From Bacteroidales bacterium (GTDB lineage: Bacteria > Bacteroidota > Bacteroidia > Bacteroidales > UBA3663): DNA of 64,000 bases. The position numbers and the translations under genes were made by a program. The notes under the pieces are model-generated. The model did no database searches, was not told where the DNA came from, and saw nothing but the letters and a program-made list of their open reading frames with translations. The stretch covers positions 21,171 through 85,170 of the forward strand of contig JAZQOF010000036.1 in NCBI GenBank assembly GCA_045627785.1, read 5' to 3'. Every line of letters starts with the position of its first letter. Positions within the stretch are counted from its first letter, which is position 1. Shown here piece by piece: positions 47,919 through 57,951 of this stretch.

Positions 47919-48623
47919 ATGAAAATTACGAGTTGGAACTGCTGCCAGGTTCTAAGAAATAAATATAAAGGTTTGACAAAGTTTGACAAAGGTCAAGCAA
48001 AGTCGGATATTTATGTCATTATGGAGTGCGAGAACCCAGAAAAATCTTCTGATTCTGAATACAAGAAATTGTTGAAAAATGGCTTCTGGAAAGGAACACT
48101 CAATCATAAAGGACTTGCCATTTTCTCGCCTGATCCAAATGTAAAATTGGAGTTGATTGATTGGCCTGGAAAAGAATGTGAACATTTTATTCCAGTCAGG
48201 GTGAATGATGTATTTACACTTGTAGGTGTTTGGGCTTGTGATCCTTATTGCGCCATGTTCTATGATTATCTTCAGCAGATAAAAGAATATATCACAAAGG
48301 ATACAATCTTTATAGGAGATTTCAATAGCAATATCAAATTCGACAAGGCTCAAAAGAAATCTGGAAAGACATGGTCAAGTTGCCTTTCTATAGCGAGAGA
48401 AAAAGGGTTAGTCGATATATACAATAGTATTAAAGGAGAAGATGAAGGGAAAGAAACAACCCCAACTTTCTTCTTGTATCGTCATCTTGATAGACCGGAT
48501 CATATCGACCATTGTTTGGCAAATCCGGATATGATTAAATCTATGAAGATTCTTGTAAAAGCAGAATGGCTTTCTTTAAGCGATCATCTTCCTTTAGTCG
48601 TTGATGTTAAATCGGAAGATTAG
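47919..48623 (+). CDS. Endonuclease/exonuclease/phosphatase (EEP) family protein
   Basis: KITSWNC..., VIMECE, IGDFNSN and SDHLPLVVDV are the EEP catalytic motifs. Confidence 0.75.
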   Translation: MKITSWNCCQVLRNKYKGLTKFDKGQAKSDIYVIMECENPEKSSDSEYKKLLKNGFWKGTLNHKGLAIFSPDPNVKLELIDWPGKECEHFIPVRVNDVFTLVGVWACDPYCAMFYDYLQQIKEYITKDTIFIGDFNSNIKFDKAQKKSGKTWSSCLSIAREKGLVDIYNSIKGEDEGKETTPTFFLYRHLDRPDHIDHCLANPDMIKSMKILVKAEWLSLSDHLPLVVDVKSED

Positions 48624-48694
48624 GAAACAGGTACAAACAGACGTGCCTGTCCATGACTGATTTCTCACCGTAACGATGCCATAGTCGAGACTGA

Positions 48695-49240
48695 TTATCC
48701 TGAGATTACAACCCTAATTGCCTTAGAAAGTTCATGTTTCTCAAGGTTCTTGGCTATACTGCGTTGAAAGAAGTCAAACATTGCACCATACCATTCCATG
48801 GAAATCTTGCCTGATGTTGCAAGAGTAAGTCCGTTTTGAGGTAAATATACGGACTCATAATCAAGATAAATGCACTCTTTGTCCCAATACCGGTCGAAAT
48901 GCAGTATTTCATTTCCGTCATATTCGCATTTCCCAAATAAATCATCCCAGCTCTCAGCTTTTGCAATTATCTCAAAAGCTTCGTTTCTTAAATCTATACG
49001 GCCTTCTTGGAAGCAGATTTCATAGAAATCATGTAGAAATGAAACAAGTTTTGACTTGAACAAATCACCCCTCAATCCGAAGATGTAGTTTCCATCATCT
49101 CTTTTGGCAACATAATAGATGGATTCTGGAAATATGCACCTTAGTTCATTTATGCATTTCTCTGCTCCTCCATGTTTTTCTACATCTTTTCCTCTTAGCA
49201 ATGCTGCTGTCGCAATGCCGACACATAAATATCTTCCCAT
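48695..49240 (-). CDS. Hypothetical protein (181 aa from ATG 49240; the ORF is open to 49351)
   Basis: Clean ORF convergent with the EEP gene. No motif was recognised. The start is uncertain and no clear -7 box was found. Confidence 0.45.
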   Translation of the reverse strand: MGRYLCVGIATAALLRGKDVEKHGGAEKCINELRCIFPESIYYVAKRDDGNYIFGLRGDLFKSKLVSFLHDFYEICFQEGRIDLRNEAFEIIAKAESWDDLFGKCEYDGNEILHFDRYWDKECIYLDYESVYLPQNGLTLATSGKISMEWYGAMFDFFQRSIAKNLEKHELSKAIRVVISG

Positions 49241-49557
49241 ATGATACTTTTTTGTGGTATGCAGTTCCCAATCATACCGTTTAAATAAAAAAGCGCAGGA
49301 ACTTTCGCGCATCTGACAGGGGGCCCTGAGAAAGCCTTGACACAAATACACTACTAATCCCTACGCATATTTTAATATACGAATACAATGATAGTATACG
49401 CATATATATTATAAGCGATGGCAATTACGTAATCCGTGTCGTGAAATTTCTCAGGTTTCCTGTCGGATTAAGCAAACGCTTCGTTGTTAACTATGTAAGA
49501 TTTATTCTATATCTTTTCTTTTTAGCTTTTACTTTAGTCTGTTAATTTCAGATTGAT

Positions 49558-50604
49558 TTATTCAACAGGAAGTGCTTCGATCTCTTCAGGTGTCATCCCG
49601 AGACATTTGACGATGAAATCAATAGGTGCTCCATTCTTTTTCATTGCAATGGCATTCTTGATAGTTGCAGCTCTTTCACCCTCCGCACGACCTTCTGCTA
49701 AACCTTTAGCACGACCTTCGGCCAAGCCTTCTTCGCGAGCGAGTTTCTTTGCATAGGCCATCTGTGCATTCTTGGTGCGCTGACGGTCGATGTCATCAAT
49801 ATAATCTCGATATTCCTCTGGTGTCATATTGGCAATCTCAGCAACTGTAGCAAGTCGCTTGAATACAGGCATCTCGTCCTGGAAAGCTAATGGCGTGGTC
49901 ATATCCTTCATGTTTAGTAAATTATATACCCATTTCTCAATTCTCGTCCTACTGTCTTCCTTTGTCTTTCCCTTGAAGCAGGGAAGTTCGATGGTGTAGG
50001 CTCTCACTTTGTCGTTGAACACTTCTCCGGTCTCTTCAACCTTGAACCTTACTGTGCGTATCACAAGAGGTTCGAGTCCCTGGAGATGGAAGTTGGCGAA
50101 GAAGATTCCAAACACTGGATGCAGTTCGTAATTCCAGTCAATCTCGTTACCGTATTTGTTCTCCGACTTCTGTCCGACCTTCGCCTGTGGCGCTATGGTC
50201 TTTGACAAGTAGTAGATGATGCGGTCTGCAAAGAATTCCTGTGGAGCATTCTGCATCTCAACGATAAACTCTGTACCGTCTTCTGTGACACAGCGCAGGT
50301 CATATTCAGCCTTGCGTTCCTTCCTGCTCGGAGGTGTCATTCCTCGCATCAGATAATGCACTTCCTTGATAGGAGTAGGAGGACTCAGCAGATCATTGAG
50401 GAATTCCCGGAGAATATCTTCTTTCTCGAAGATCATCTTGAATCCGTAATCGACCATCGGACTGACATATCGTCCTTTACCTGCTGGGTCGTATTCGTCT
50501 ACTGCTGGTGCAAATGTACCACCATTTTCTGTCACTTGCAAATTTTCTTCTGGAAAACTTACAGATTCAGCACTATTCGCGCTGTTTTGATTTTGTTGAA
50601 CCAT
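49558..50604 (-). mobile_element. Rpn-family recombination-promoting nuclease / putative transposase (PD-(D/E)XK, YhgA-like)
   Basis: YVSPMVDYGFKMIFEKEDILREFLNDLL...YDLRCVTEDGTEFIVEMQ... plus a characteristic C-terminal EEGLAEGRAKGLAEGRAEG repeat. A minus-strand -7 box lies at 50687..50694. Confidence 0.8.
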
Positions 50605-50848
50605 GAAATAATTATTAAGATTGATAACTTTTGAACGATTACTATCTGACTTATGGTTTCAAAGTGAGATAATAATGATTACGATGCAAAGATAGGGAAA
50701 GTTTTTGATTCTTCCAAATAATAATTATAAATATTCTAAAATATGCACATATAGTTTTGTACAGACAAAGGTATTAATAATGTAACGTGAAAAAGGAAGA
50801 CACAATCGGTCTTCCTTTGTATGTTAAGAATGTTGTATTACTCAGCGT

Positions 50849-51922
50849 TTATCTTGGAGCTTTAAACATATATAAATATACAGCAATGACTGCAAATATA
50901 ATGTTAGGCAGCCAGACGGCCTGAATCACTGGCATCTCGCCACTGACGGCAAATGAGGAAGAAATGGTTTGGAAGAGAATGTAGAGGAATGCGAGAACAA
51001 GTCCTATTCCGAGATTAATACCCATGCCTCCGCGAATCTTCTTTGATGAAAGCGACACCCCGATTATGGTCATGATAAATGCCGTTGCGAGTGCCGCATA
51101 TCGTTTGTGATATTCAATTTCAAATGCCTGAATATTTCCTACACCACGACTTTTTTGTTTGTCGATGTATTCGTTCAATGCTGGCGTGGTCATTGTCTCG
51201 AACTCGTTCTGTTGGATTAGAATATCTTCTGGCAGGATATTTACTATTGTATCCAGATTCTCGCCGATCAGAAGATTCTCGCCTTTGTCTGTGATGGTAC
51301 GGATCTTATATTCGTCCATGTGCCATTTCATGTCTCCGAGATATTCTGCGCGAGGTGCAGTGAGTCGAGAAACGAGCTTCTTGTTTTCATATCTCTCGAG
51401 GGCAAAGCGTGTGCCGATCTTTCTTTCTGCCTCATAATAATATATATATGCGACAACGCCCGGCTCAATCATCAGCTGATTGTTTCGGGCTATTTTGACC
51501 GCTTTGTCTTTGTAGTATTTGTTCAGGAAGTCATATCGCCTGATGTTTGCATCTGGAATGATATAACTCTGCAGTACATAATTGAAGACTCCAAGGAATG
51601 CTGCCGATATCATATACGGGCGTAACAGTCGATTGAAGCTTACTCCGCTCGAAAGGATTGCAATAATCTCACTGTCTCCGGCAAGTTTGCTTGTAAAGAA
51701 GATACAGGCAATGAAAACGAAGAGCGCGCTGAAAAGATTGGCAAAATATGGTACAAAATCAAAATAGTACTTGCAAATCAACCAAAACGGAGTGTCATGG
51801 TTGTTGAAGTGTTCCACTTTCTGCTGATAGTCAAGAATGACGGCAATAGAAAGAATGAGCACGATTGTAAAGAAATACGTGCCCAAGAACTTTTTGATTA
51901 TGTACCAGTCTAACTTTTTCAA
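50849..51922 (-). CDS. LptF/LptG-family LPS export permease
   Basis: (M)KKLDWYIIKKFLGTYFFT is the canonical family N-terminus if translation starts at TTG 51922. There are 6 TM segments. The ORF-track start at 51961 would translate an AT-only leader motif. Confidence 0.85.
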   Translation of the reverse strand: MKKLDWYIIKKFLGTYFFTIVLILSIAVILDYQQKVEHFNNHDTPFWLICKYYFDFVPYFANLFSALFVFIACIFFTSKLAGDSEIIAILSSGVSFNRLLRPYMISAAFLGVFNYVLQSYIIPDANIRRYDFLNKYYKDKAVKIARNNQLMIEPGVVAYIYYYEAERKIGTRFALERYENKKLVSRLTAPRAEYLGDMKWHMDEYKIRTITDKGENLLIGENLDTIVNILPEDILIQQNEFETMTTPALNEYIDKQKSRGVGNIQAFEIEYHKRYAALATAFIMTIIGVSLSSKKIRGGMGINLGIGLVLAFLYILFQTISSSFAVSGEMPVIQAVWLPNIIFAVIAVYLYMFKAPR

Positions 51923-52025
51923 AGTAGTTAAAAATGATAAGTTAAAAATTAAAAATGACAAATCAAGTGCAAGTAGAACTGGTAGATAATTTATAAGTTT
52001 TAATTTTTAACTTTTAACTCAATTA

Positions 52026-53873
52026 TTAGTCTTCGCTTTCGTCATCGTCTGCGATACCAGCAGCACGCTTGAGGCGTTTGCGCTCAAGTTCGTCAAGCAC
52101 GATCTTGCGCATACGGAGTGACTGAGGAGTTACCTCTACGTACTCGTCCTCCTTGATATATTCGAGAGCCTCTTCGAGGGAGAATACCTTTGGTGGGATG
52201 AGCGCTGCCTTTTCGTCGGAAGACTTACTACGCATGTTTGTAAGCTTCTTCGACTTTGTTACATTAACTGTGAGGTCTTTGTCCTTTGCATGTTCGCCGA
52301 CAACCTGTCCGCCATAAACCTCATCCTGTGGGAAGATGAAGAACTTACCGCGATCCTGAAGCTTGTCGAGAGCATAGGCGAATGCTGTACCGCCTTCCAT
52401 TGCGATGATAGAACCGTTTACACGGCGAGTGATTTCGCCCTTCCAAGGTTCATAATCGAGGAACTGATGTGCCATGATAGCTTCACCTGCAGATGCAGTG
52501 AGAACATTGGTACGAAGACCGATGATACCGCGTGAAGGAATCTTGAATTCGAGATGCTGACGGTCTCCTTGAGTATCCATTGCAGTCATCTCGCCCTTAC
52601 GACGGGTTACCATATCGATCATCTTTGAACTGTATTCCTCAGGACAGTTGATAGTCATCTGTTCGATAGGCTCACACTTCTGTCCGTTGATTTCCTTGAC
52701 GATAACCTGAGGCTGTCCAACCTGTAATTCGTAACCCTCACGACGCATTGTCTCGATGAGGATAGAAAGGTGGAGCACGCCTCGTCCGAATACTGTCCAG
52801 CTGCCATCGCGTTCTTCGTTCTTCTGAACTCGGAGGGCAACGTCTTTCTCAAGTTCCTTGTAGAGACGGTCCTGAATCTGACGGGAAGTCACAAACTTGC
52901 CTTCCTTGCCGAAGAATGGCGAGTCGTTGATGCAGAATGTCATCGACATTGTAGGTTCGTCAACAGTGATGCGTGGCATTGCTTCTGCTGCTTCGATGTC
53001 GCTGATGGTATCACCGATCTCAAAGCCTTCGATACCAGTCATTGCACAAACTTCACCGCTGAATACCTCGTCAGCCTTCTTCTTGCCCATGCCTTCAAAT
53101 GTAAAGAGCTCCTTGACACGGACCTTCTTGCTCTCAATGCCATTGTCGGTGTGGTGCATGAGAAGCACATCCTGACCAGCCTTGATAGATCCGCGATGAA
53201 CACGACCTACTGCGATACGTCCAACGAATGAGCTGTATTCAAGCGAAGTGATGAGCATCTGGCTTGGACCTTCAATCAACTCTGGTGCCGGGATATTCTC
53301 AAGAATGCAGTCGAGCAATGCGAATACATTGTCGGTTGGAGTCTTCCAGTCTGTGCCCATCCAGCCTTGCTTAGCCGAACCGAAGATCACAGGGAAGTCA
53401 AGCTGTTCTTCTGTTGCACCAAGATTGAACATAAGGTCGAATACCTTGTCAACAGCAAGATCTGGAGTACAGTTCGGCTTATCAACCTTGTTTACCACGA
53501 GGATAGGCTTCAAGCCGATCTGGATTGCCTTCTGAAGCACGAAACGTGTCTGAGGCATTGGACCTTCGAACGCATCTACAAGCAAGAGACATCCGTCGGC
53601 CATATTGAGCACACGTTCTACCTCACCACCGAAGTCCGAGTGACCCGGAGTGTCGATAATGTTGATCTTTGTGCCCTTATAATTGATTGAAACATTTTTC
53701 GATAGGATTGTTATACCACGCTCACGCTCTAGTTCATTGTTGTCGAGCATAAGGTCGGAAGTAGCCTGGTTCTCACGAAACAGGTTTCCTGCATAAAGCA
53801 TCTTGTCCACGAGAGTAGTTTTGCCGTGGTCAACGTGTGCTATGATAGCGATGTTACGTACATTTTGTTGCAT
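52026..53873 (-). CDS. typA: Translational GTPase TypA/BipA
   Basis: IAIIAHVDHGKTTLVD, DTPGHSDF, NKVD and 615 aa. A minus-strand -7 box lies at 53937..53944. Confidence 0.96.
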   Translation of the reverse strand: MQQNVRNIAIIAHVDHGKTTLVDKMLYAGNLFRENQATSDLMLDNNELERERGITILSKNVSINYKGTKINIIDTPGHSDFGGEVERVLNMADGCLLLVDAFEGPMPQTRFVLQKAIQIGLKPILVVNKVDKPNCTPDLAVDKVFDLMFNLGATEEQLDFPVIFGSAKQGWMGTDWKTPTDNVFALLDCILENIPAPELIEGPSQMLITSLEYSSFVGRIAVGRVHRGSIKAGQDVLLMHHTDNGIESKKVRVKELFTFEGMGKKKADEVFSGEVCAMTGIEGFEIGDTISDIEAAEAMPRITVDEPTMSMTFCINDSPFFGKEGKFVTSRQIQDRLYKELEKDVALRVQKNEERDGSWTVFGRGVLHLSILIETMRREGYELQVGQPQVIVKEINGQKCEPIEQMTINCPEEYSSKMIDMVTRRKGEMTAMDTQGDRQHLEFKIPSRGIIGLRTNVLTASAGEAIMAHQFLDYEPWKGEITRRVNGSIIAMEGGTAFAYALDKLQDRGKFFIFPQDEVYGGQVVGEHAKDKDLTVNVTKSKKLTNMRSKSSDEKAALIPPKVFSLEEALEYIKEDEYVEVTPQSLRMRKIVLDELERKRLKRAAGIADDDESED

Positions 53874-54016
53874 ACCTTAAATATTTTCTTTAGAGAAAAG
53901 TCTGAAAAGACTGACCTTTATTGTATTAAATATCCGCAAAAATAGTCATTTTCGACCAAAATACAAAATATATTAAATATATTTGACTGAAATTTTGAAC
54001 AATAAAAAAATAGTTT

Positions 54017-54024
54017 TATATTTG
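54017..54024 (+). promoter_or_regulatory. -7 box TATATTTG for ndk
   Basis: Perfect TAnnTTTG, 36 nt upstream of the ATG. Confidence 0.55.
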
Positions 54025-54060
54025 CCACAGACAAATAACAATTTTTAAATTACAAATACT

Positions 54061-54525
54061 ATGCTCCAGAAAACACTCGTTTTGCTGAAACCATGTACAG
54101 TTCAGCGTTCTTTGATTGGTGAAATCCTCAGTATTTTCGAAAAGAAAGGTCTTCGTATTGCAGGTCTTAAGATGATGCAGCTCGACGATGCAATTCTTGC
54201 AGAACACTATGCACATCTCGTTGATCGCCCGTTCTTCCCAGGTCTCAAGAAGTCTATGATGGCAACTCCTGTCGTTGCTCTTGCCGTTGAAGGTGTAGAT
54301 GCAATCGAGGTTGTTCGTCAGATGGCAGGTCCTACAAATGGTCGTAAGGCTCTTCCTGGCACAATCCGTGGCGATTACAGCATGTCAGGTCAGCAGAATA
54401 TTGTTCATGCAAGCGATGGCCCAGAGACAGCAGCTGCCGAGCTCAAGCGTTTCTTCAAGGAAGGCGAGATCTTCGAATATACTCTCCCTACTCAGGTTGC
54501 TCTCTACGCATCTGACGAGGCATAA
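54061..54525 (+). CDS. ndk: Nucleoside-diphosphate kinase
   Basis: TLVLLKPCTVQR...GPTNG...GTIRGDY...NIVHASD. Confidence 0.96.
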   Translation: MLQKTLVLLKPCTVQRSLIGEILSIFEKKGLRIAGLKMMQLDDAILAEHYAHLVDRPFFPGLKKSMMATPVVALAVEGVDAIEVVRQMAGPTNGRKALPGTIRGDYSMSGQQNIVHASDGPETAAAELKRFFKEGEIFEYTLPTQVALYASDEA

Positions 54526-54762
54526 ACGCTATATACATTATAGTAATAATATATGGGACCGTGTCACAGTGTGGCATGGTCTTTTTTTTGTTCAAAAATG
54601 TGTTATCGGCAAAGATGTGACGAAGTGATTGATACTCATTTATCTATTTGATACACTTTTATGTCAAAACGTAAAAAAAGTGTTTCATAGTAAAAAAATA
54701 AAATATAAATTTGCAAAACAAAAAAGGTAACATCAATAGTATCCATCTATTTCTTATAAAAC

Positions 54763-56313
54763 ATGAAGACAAAATCATTCCTGATGGCATTGGCTTTAAG
54801 CTGTGCAACTTGTTCGCAGGCTTTTGCCGATATCAAACTCGAGGCGGAGGATGCCTCTTATAGTACTTGTACTGTGGATAGTGATAGTAGGTATTCTGGC
54901 GGAAAGGCTTTGAGACTTACTGAAACTAATGCAAAGATCACTTTTGAGGTCAACATCGAACAGAAGAGTAAATATGCTCTTTATGTTGCTGGTAACGGCA
55001 TTGGCGGTGAGAAAACTATCGACATCAAGGTAAATGGCGGAAAAGGTCAGTTCAAACTTAATGATTACACTGAGGTCGAGGTTGGTACTTTCCTTATGCA
55101 GGAAGGTGTGAACACAATTGAGATTACTCCAAACTGGACTTGGTTTGACATCGATTATATTCGCATCGATGCCGCACAGGATGAGATTCCGTTTGACATC
55201 GCTACAGCTCCAGTTGATGCTAATGCTACAGAAGCTGCAATAAAGATGTATTCATTCCTCTATGACAACTTCGGCAAGAAGACTATCTCCGGTATAATGA
55301 CCGGTGATATGGATTCTGCTAATGGCGATGTGACTCAGCACGAAGATGTCAAGGCGGTTTATCAAGCTTCTGGAAAATATCCTGCGCTTGTGGGCTTCGA
55401 CTTTATGAATGCAACCGGTAAGGACGAAAACAATAGCTGGTTCCAGGATTATCAGCGTAAGGGTATGGAACTCGCAAAGGACCTTTATCGTCGTGGCGGT
55501 TTTCCTGCTTTCACATGGCATTGGAGAGATCCAAGTCGTGAGACAGGTGAGTTCTATAGTGCGGATAATAAAGTTAGCATTGCACAAGCAATGAACGCTG
55601 ACGGCTCTTGGAATACTGAATCTGAGCTATATAAATATATAATTAAGGATATAGACTATATTGCCGACTTCTTCCTTGAGATGCAAGCTGAGAATATGGC
55701 ATGTATCTTCCGCCCATTACACGAAGCTAGCGGTGGCTGGTTCTGGTGGGGCCGCGATAAGAAAGCTGAAGATTGTGCAAAGCTCTATCGTTTGATCCAC
55801 GAAGAGATGGTGAATGTAAAGGGTGTCCACAATGTTCTTTGGGTTTGGAATCCTGCAACTGTAGATGATGCAGCTTGGAATCCTGGCGCAGAATATTATG
55901 ATGTCATTGCCGTAGATATCTACAACAAAGATTTCGATTATTCAAGCAATGCTTCAGATTTTGACAAACTCAAGAAGCTTTCAGAAGGCAAGAAACTCAT
56001 TGCACTCTCTGAGAATGGCCCAATCCCAGATGTAGACAAGACATTTGACGAAGAAGCTGTTTGGTCGTGGTGGATGCCTTGGTATCAGACATGGGGTGGA
56101 AATTATGTAAACAAGACAAGCAAGGAAGAGTGGCAGAAGGTAATGGGCGATGCTCGAATCATCACACTCGAAGACTTGCAGGAATGGAGCGGTATTGAGA
56201 AGCTTGATTCCGAATCGGTACAGCATAACCTCTTCGATTTAAATGGCAACATTCTGCGTAGTGAACCTTCTCAGGGCTTATTCATTAAGGATGGTAAGAA
56301 GGTAATGAAATAA
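54763..56313 (+). CDS. GH26-family beta-mannanase with an N-terminal CBM and a T9SS C-terminal sorting domain
   Basis: Signal peptide, a CBM6/35-like module (IKLEAEDASYS...IDYIRID), a GH26 core (FTWHWRDP...RPLHEASGGWFWWG...WVWNP) and a C-terminal LFDLNGNILRSEPSQGLFIKDGKKVMK. A -7 box TAAATTTG lies at 54706..54713. Confidence 0.8.
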   Translation: MKTKSFLMALALSCATCSQAFADIKLEAEDASYSTCTVDSDSRYSGGKALRLTETNAKITFEVNIEQKSKYALYVAGNGIGGEKTIDIKVNGGKGQFKLNDYTEVEVGTFLMQEGVNTIEITPNWTWFDIDYIRIDAAQDEIPFDIATAPVDANATEAAIKMYSFLYDNFGKKTISGIMTGDMDSANGDVTQHEDVKAVYQASGKYPALVGFDFMNATGKDENNSWFQDYQRKGMELAKDLYRRGGFPAFTWHWRDPSRETGEFYSADNKVSIAQAMNADGSWNTESELYKYIIKDIDYIADFFLEMQAENMACIFRPLHEASGGWFWWGRDKKAEDCAKLYRLIHEEMVNVKGVHNVLWVWNPATVDDAAWNPGAEYYDVIAVDIYNKDFDYSSNASDFDKLKKLSEGKKLIALSENGPIPDVDKTFDEEAVWSWWMPWYQTWGGNYVNKTSKEEWQKVMGDARIITLEDLQEWSGIEKLDSESVQHNLFDLNGNILRSEPSQGLFIKDGKKVMK

Positions 56314-56343
56314 GAAAATAGTAATTGTGTAGTTAAATAATGG

Positions 56344-56383
56344 AAAGCGCATCAGAATACCTTGTGTATCTGATGCGCTTTTT
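56344..56383. terminator. Bidirectional terminator between the GH26 gene and porX
   Basis: Perfect 13-bp stem AAAGCGCATCAGA / TCTGATGCGCTTT whose 3' arm runs into a T5 run on the plus strand. Confidence 0.8.
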
Positions 56384-56391
56384 ATGTCATC

Positions 56392-57951
56392 TTATTTCTT
56401 CGGAGTTAGAGTTACGATAGGAATGAGCATCTCTTCCATCGAGATTCCTCCGTGTTGGAAAGTGTCTTTGTAGTAAGAAACGTAATAGTTGTAGTTGTTG
56501 GGATAGGCGAAGAAGTCGCGATTGGTACAGAATACATACGAGGTCGAGAGGTTGAGTGCCGGAAGTCCGAACTCGAGAGGTTTGTTGATCTCGAATATCT
56601 GTTTCGACTGGCAGTTGAGGTTCTTGCCAAGTTTATAGCGTAGGTTGGTATTCACATTCTTGTCACCGATGATCTTTATAGGATTTTCAACGCGGATTGT
56701 TCCATGATCGGTTGTAAGGATCACCTTATAGCCCATTTCTGCAATTGTTCGGAAGAGATCGATGGTTGAACTGTGTTCGAGCCATGTCTTGGTCAGAGCA
56801 CGATAAGCAGCTTCATCTTTGGCAAGTTCACGCACGGTTTTTGACTCTGTTCGGGCATGAGAGAGCATGTCGATGAAGTCAAGAACTATCACATTGAGCT
56901 GGTTCTGTGTCAATGTCTTAAGTTGCGATACAAGACGTTCGCCAAAGCTTGTTTCAAAGACTTTGTGATATGAGAATGTATAGTTCTTGCGGAATCGTTC
57001 AATCTGTGTCTGGACAAGTGGAGCTTCGTTCAGGTTCTTGCCTTCTTCCTCATCTTCATCCACCCAAAGGTCTGGAAACATCTTTGCAATCTTATCGGGA
57101 AGCAATCCAGAGAAGATTGCATTTCGTGCGTATTGTGTTGCTGTCGGAAGTATCGAGCAATAGATGTCTTCCTGACAGTTGAAATATTGCGAGAGAATAG
57201 GCTGGATAGAGCGCCATTGGTCGAGACGGAAGTTGTCGATGACAATGAAGAACAGTTTTTCGCCTTTGTCAAGTTCTGGAAAAACCCGCGATTTGAAGAG
57301 CTCTGTACTCATCATCGGACGACCGTCTTTGTTCTCAAGGTGCATGAGTTGTCGGATCCAGTCCTGATAGTTCTTACGGATGAACTTTGCAAAAGTCGAA
57401 TTGGCTTCCTGCTTCTGCATCAGCAACATCGAACCGAGACTTGGATCGCTGCTTTCCGACAGTTCAATCTCCCAATGCACAAGACGCTTGTAGATATCTA
57501 CCCATTCGTCGAAAGTGCGGGCATCGTTGATCGCCATAGATAGTTTGCCGAATTCCTGTTGGTAGCCTGAAGTCTGTTGCTGTTGGGTTATCTCACGAGC
57601 ATGAAGGTTTTTCTTGATGCTCATTAGCATCTGATTAGGCAATACAGGCTTGATTAGATAGTCGGCAATCTTTCCGCCAATAGCTTGGTCCATAATGTTC
57701 TCCTCTTCGCTCTTTGTGATCATAATCACAGGCGTAGAAGGCGAGATTTCCTTGATCTTGGTCAAAGTCTCAAGGCCTGTTAAGCCTGGCATGTTTTCGT
57801 CAAGGAAGATAAGATCGAACGACTGTTGCCGAACAAGTTCGATTGCGTCTTGTCCGTTGGTTACAGTCATAACTTCATAACCTTTATTCTTCAAGAAAAG
57901 GAGATGTGGTTTCAGTAAATCAATTTCGTCGTCAGCCCAGAGGAATTGCAT
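56392..57951 (-). CDS. porX: PorX-like response regulator with a PglZ/alkaline-phosphatase-superfamily domain
   Basis: FLWADDEIDLLKPHLLFLKNKGYEV...LDENMPGLTG receiver domain followed by a PglZ-type domain, about 519 aa as in PorX. Confidence 0.8.
   Translation of the reverse strand: MQFLWADDEIDLLKPHLLFLKNKGYEVMTVTNGQDAIELVRQQSFDLIFLDENMPGLTGLETLTKIKEISPSTPVIMITKSEEENIMDQAIGGKIADYLIKPVLPNQMLMSIKKNLHAREITQQQQTSGYQQEFGKLSMAINDARTFDEWVDIYKRLVHWEIELSESSDPSLGSMLLMQKQEANSTFAKFIRKNYQDWIRQLMHLENKDGRPMMSTELFKSRVFPELDKGEKLFFIVIDNFRLDQWRSIQPILSQYFNCQEDIYCSILPTATQYARNAIFSGLLPDKIAKMFPDLWVDEDEEEGKNLNEAPLVQTQIERFRKNYTFSYHKVFETSFGERLVSQLKTLTQNQLNVIVLDFIDMLSHARTESKTVRELAKDEAAYRALTKTWLEHSSTIDLFRTIAEMGYKVILTTDHGTIRVENPIKIIGDKNVNTNLRYKLGKNLNCQSKQIFEINKPLEFGLPALNLSTSYVFCTNRDFFAYPNNYNYYVSYYKDTFQHGGISMEEMLIPIVTLTPKK

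Noticed and set aside
51923-51961. The ORF-track start of the LptF/G-family gene at 51961 (MSFLIFNLSFLTT...).
   Set aside because: These 13 codons are the AT-only leader motif also found upstream of der and aroA. The conserved family N-terminus KKLDWYIIKKFLG begins at TTG 51922.
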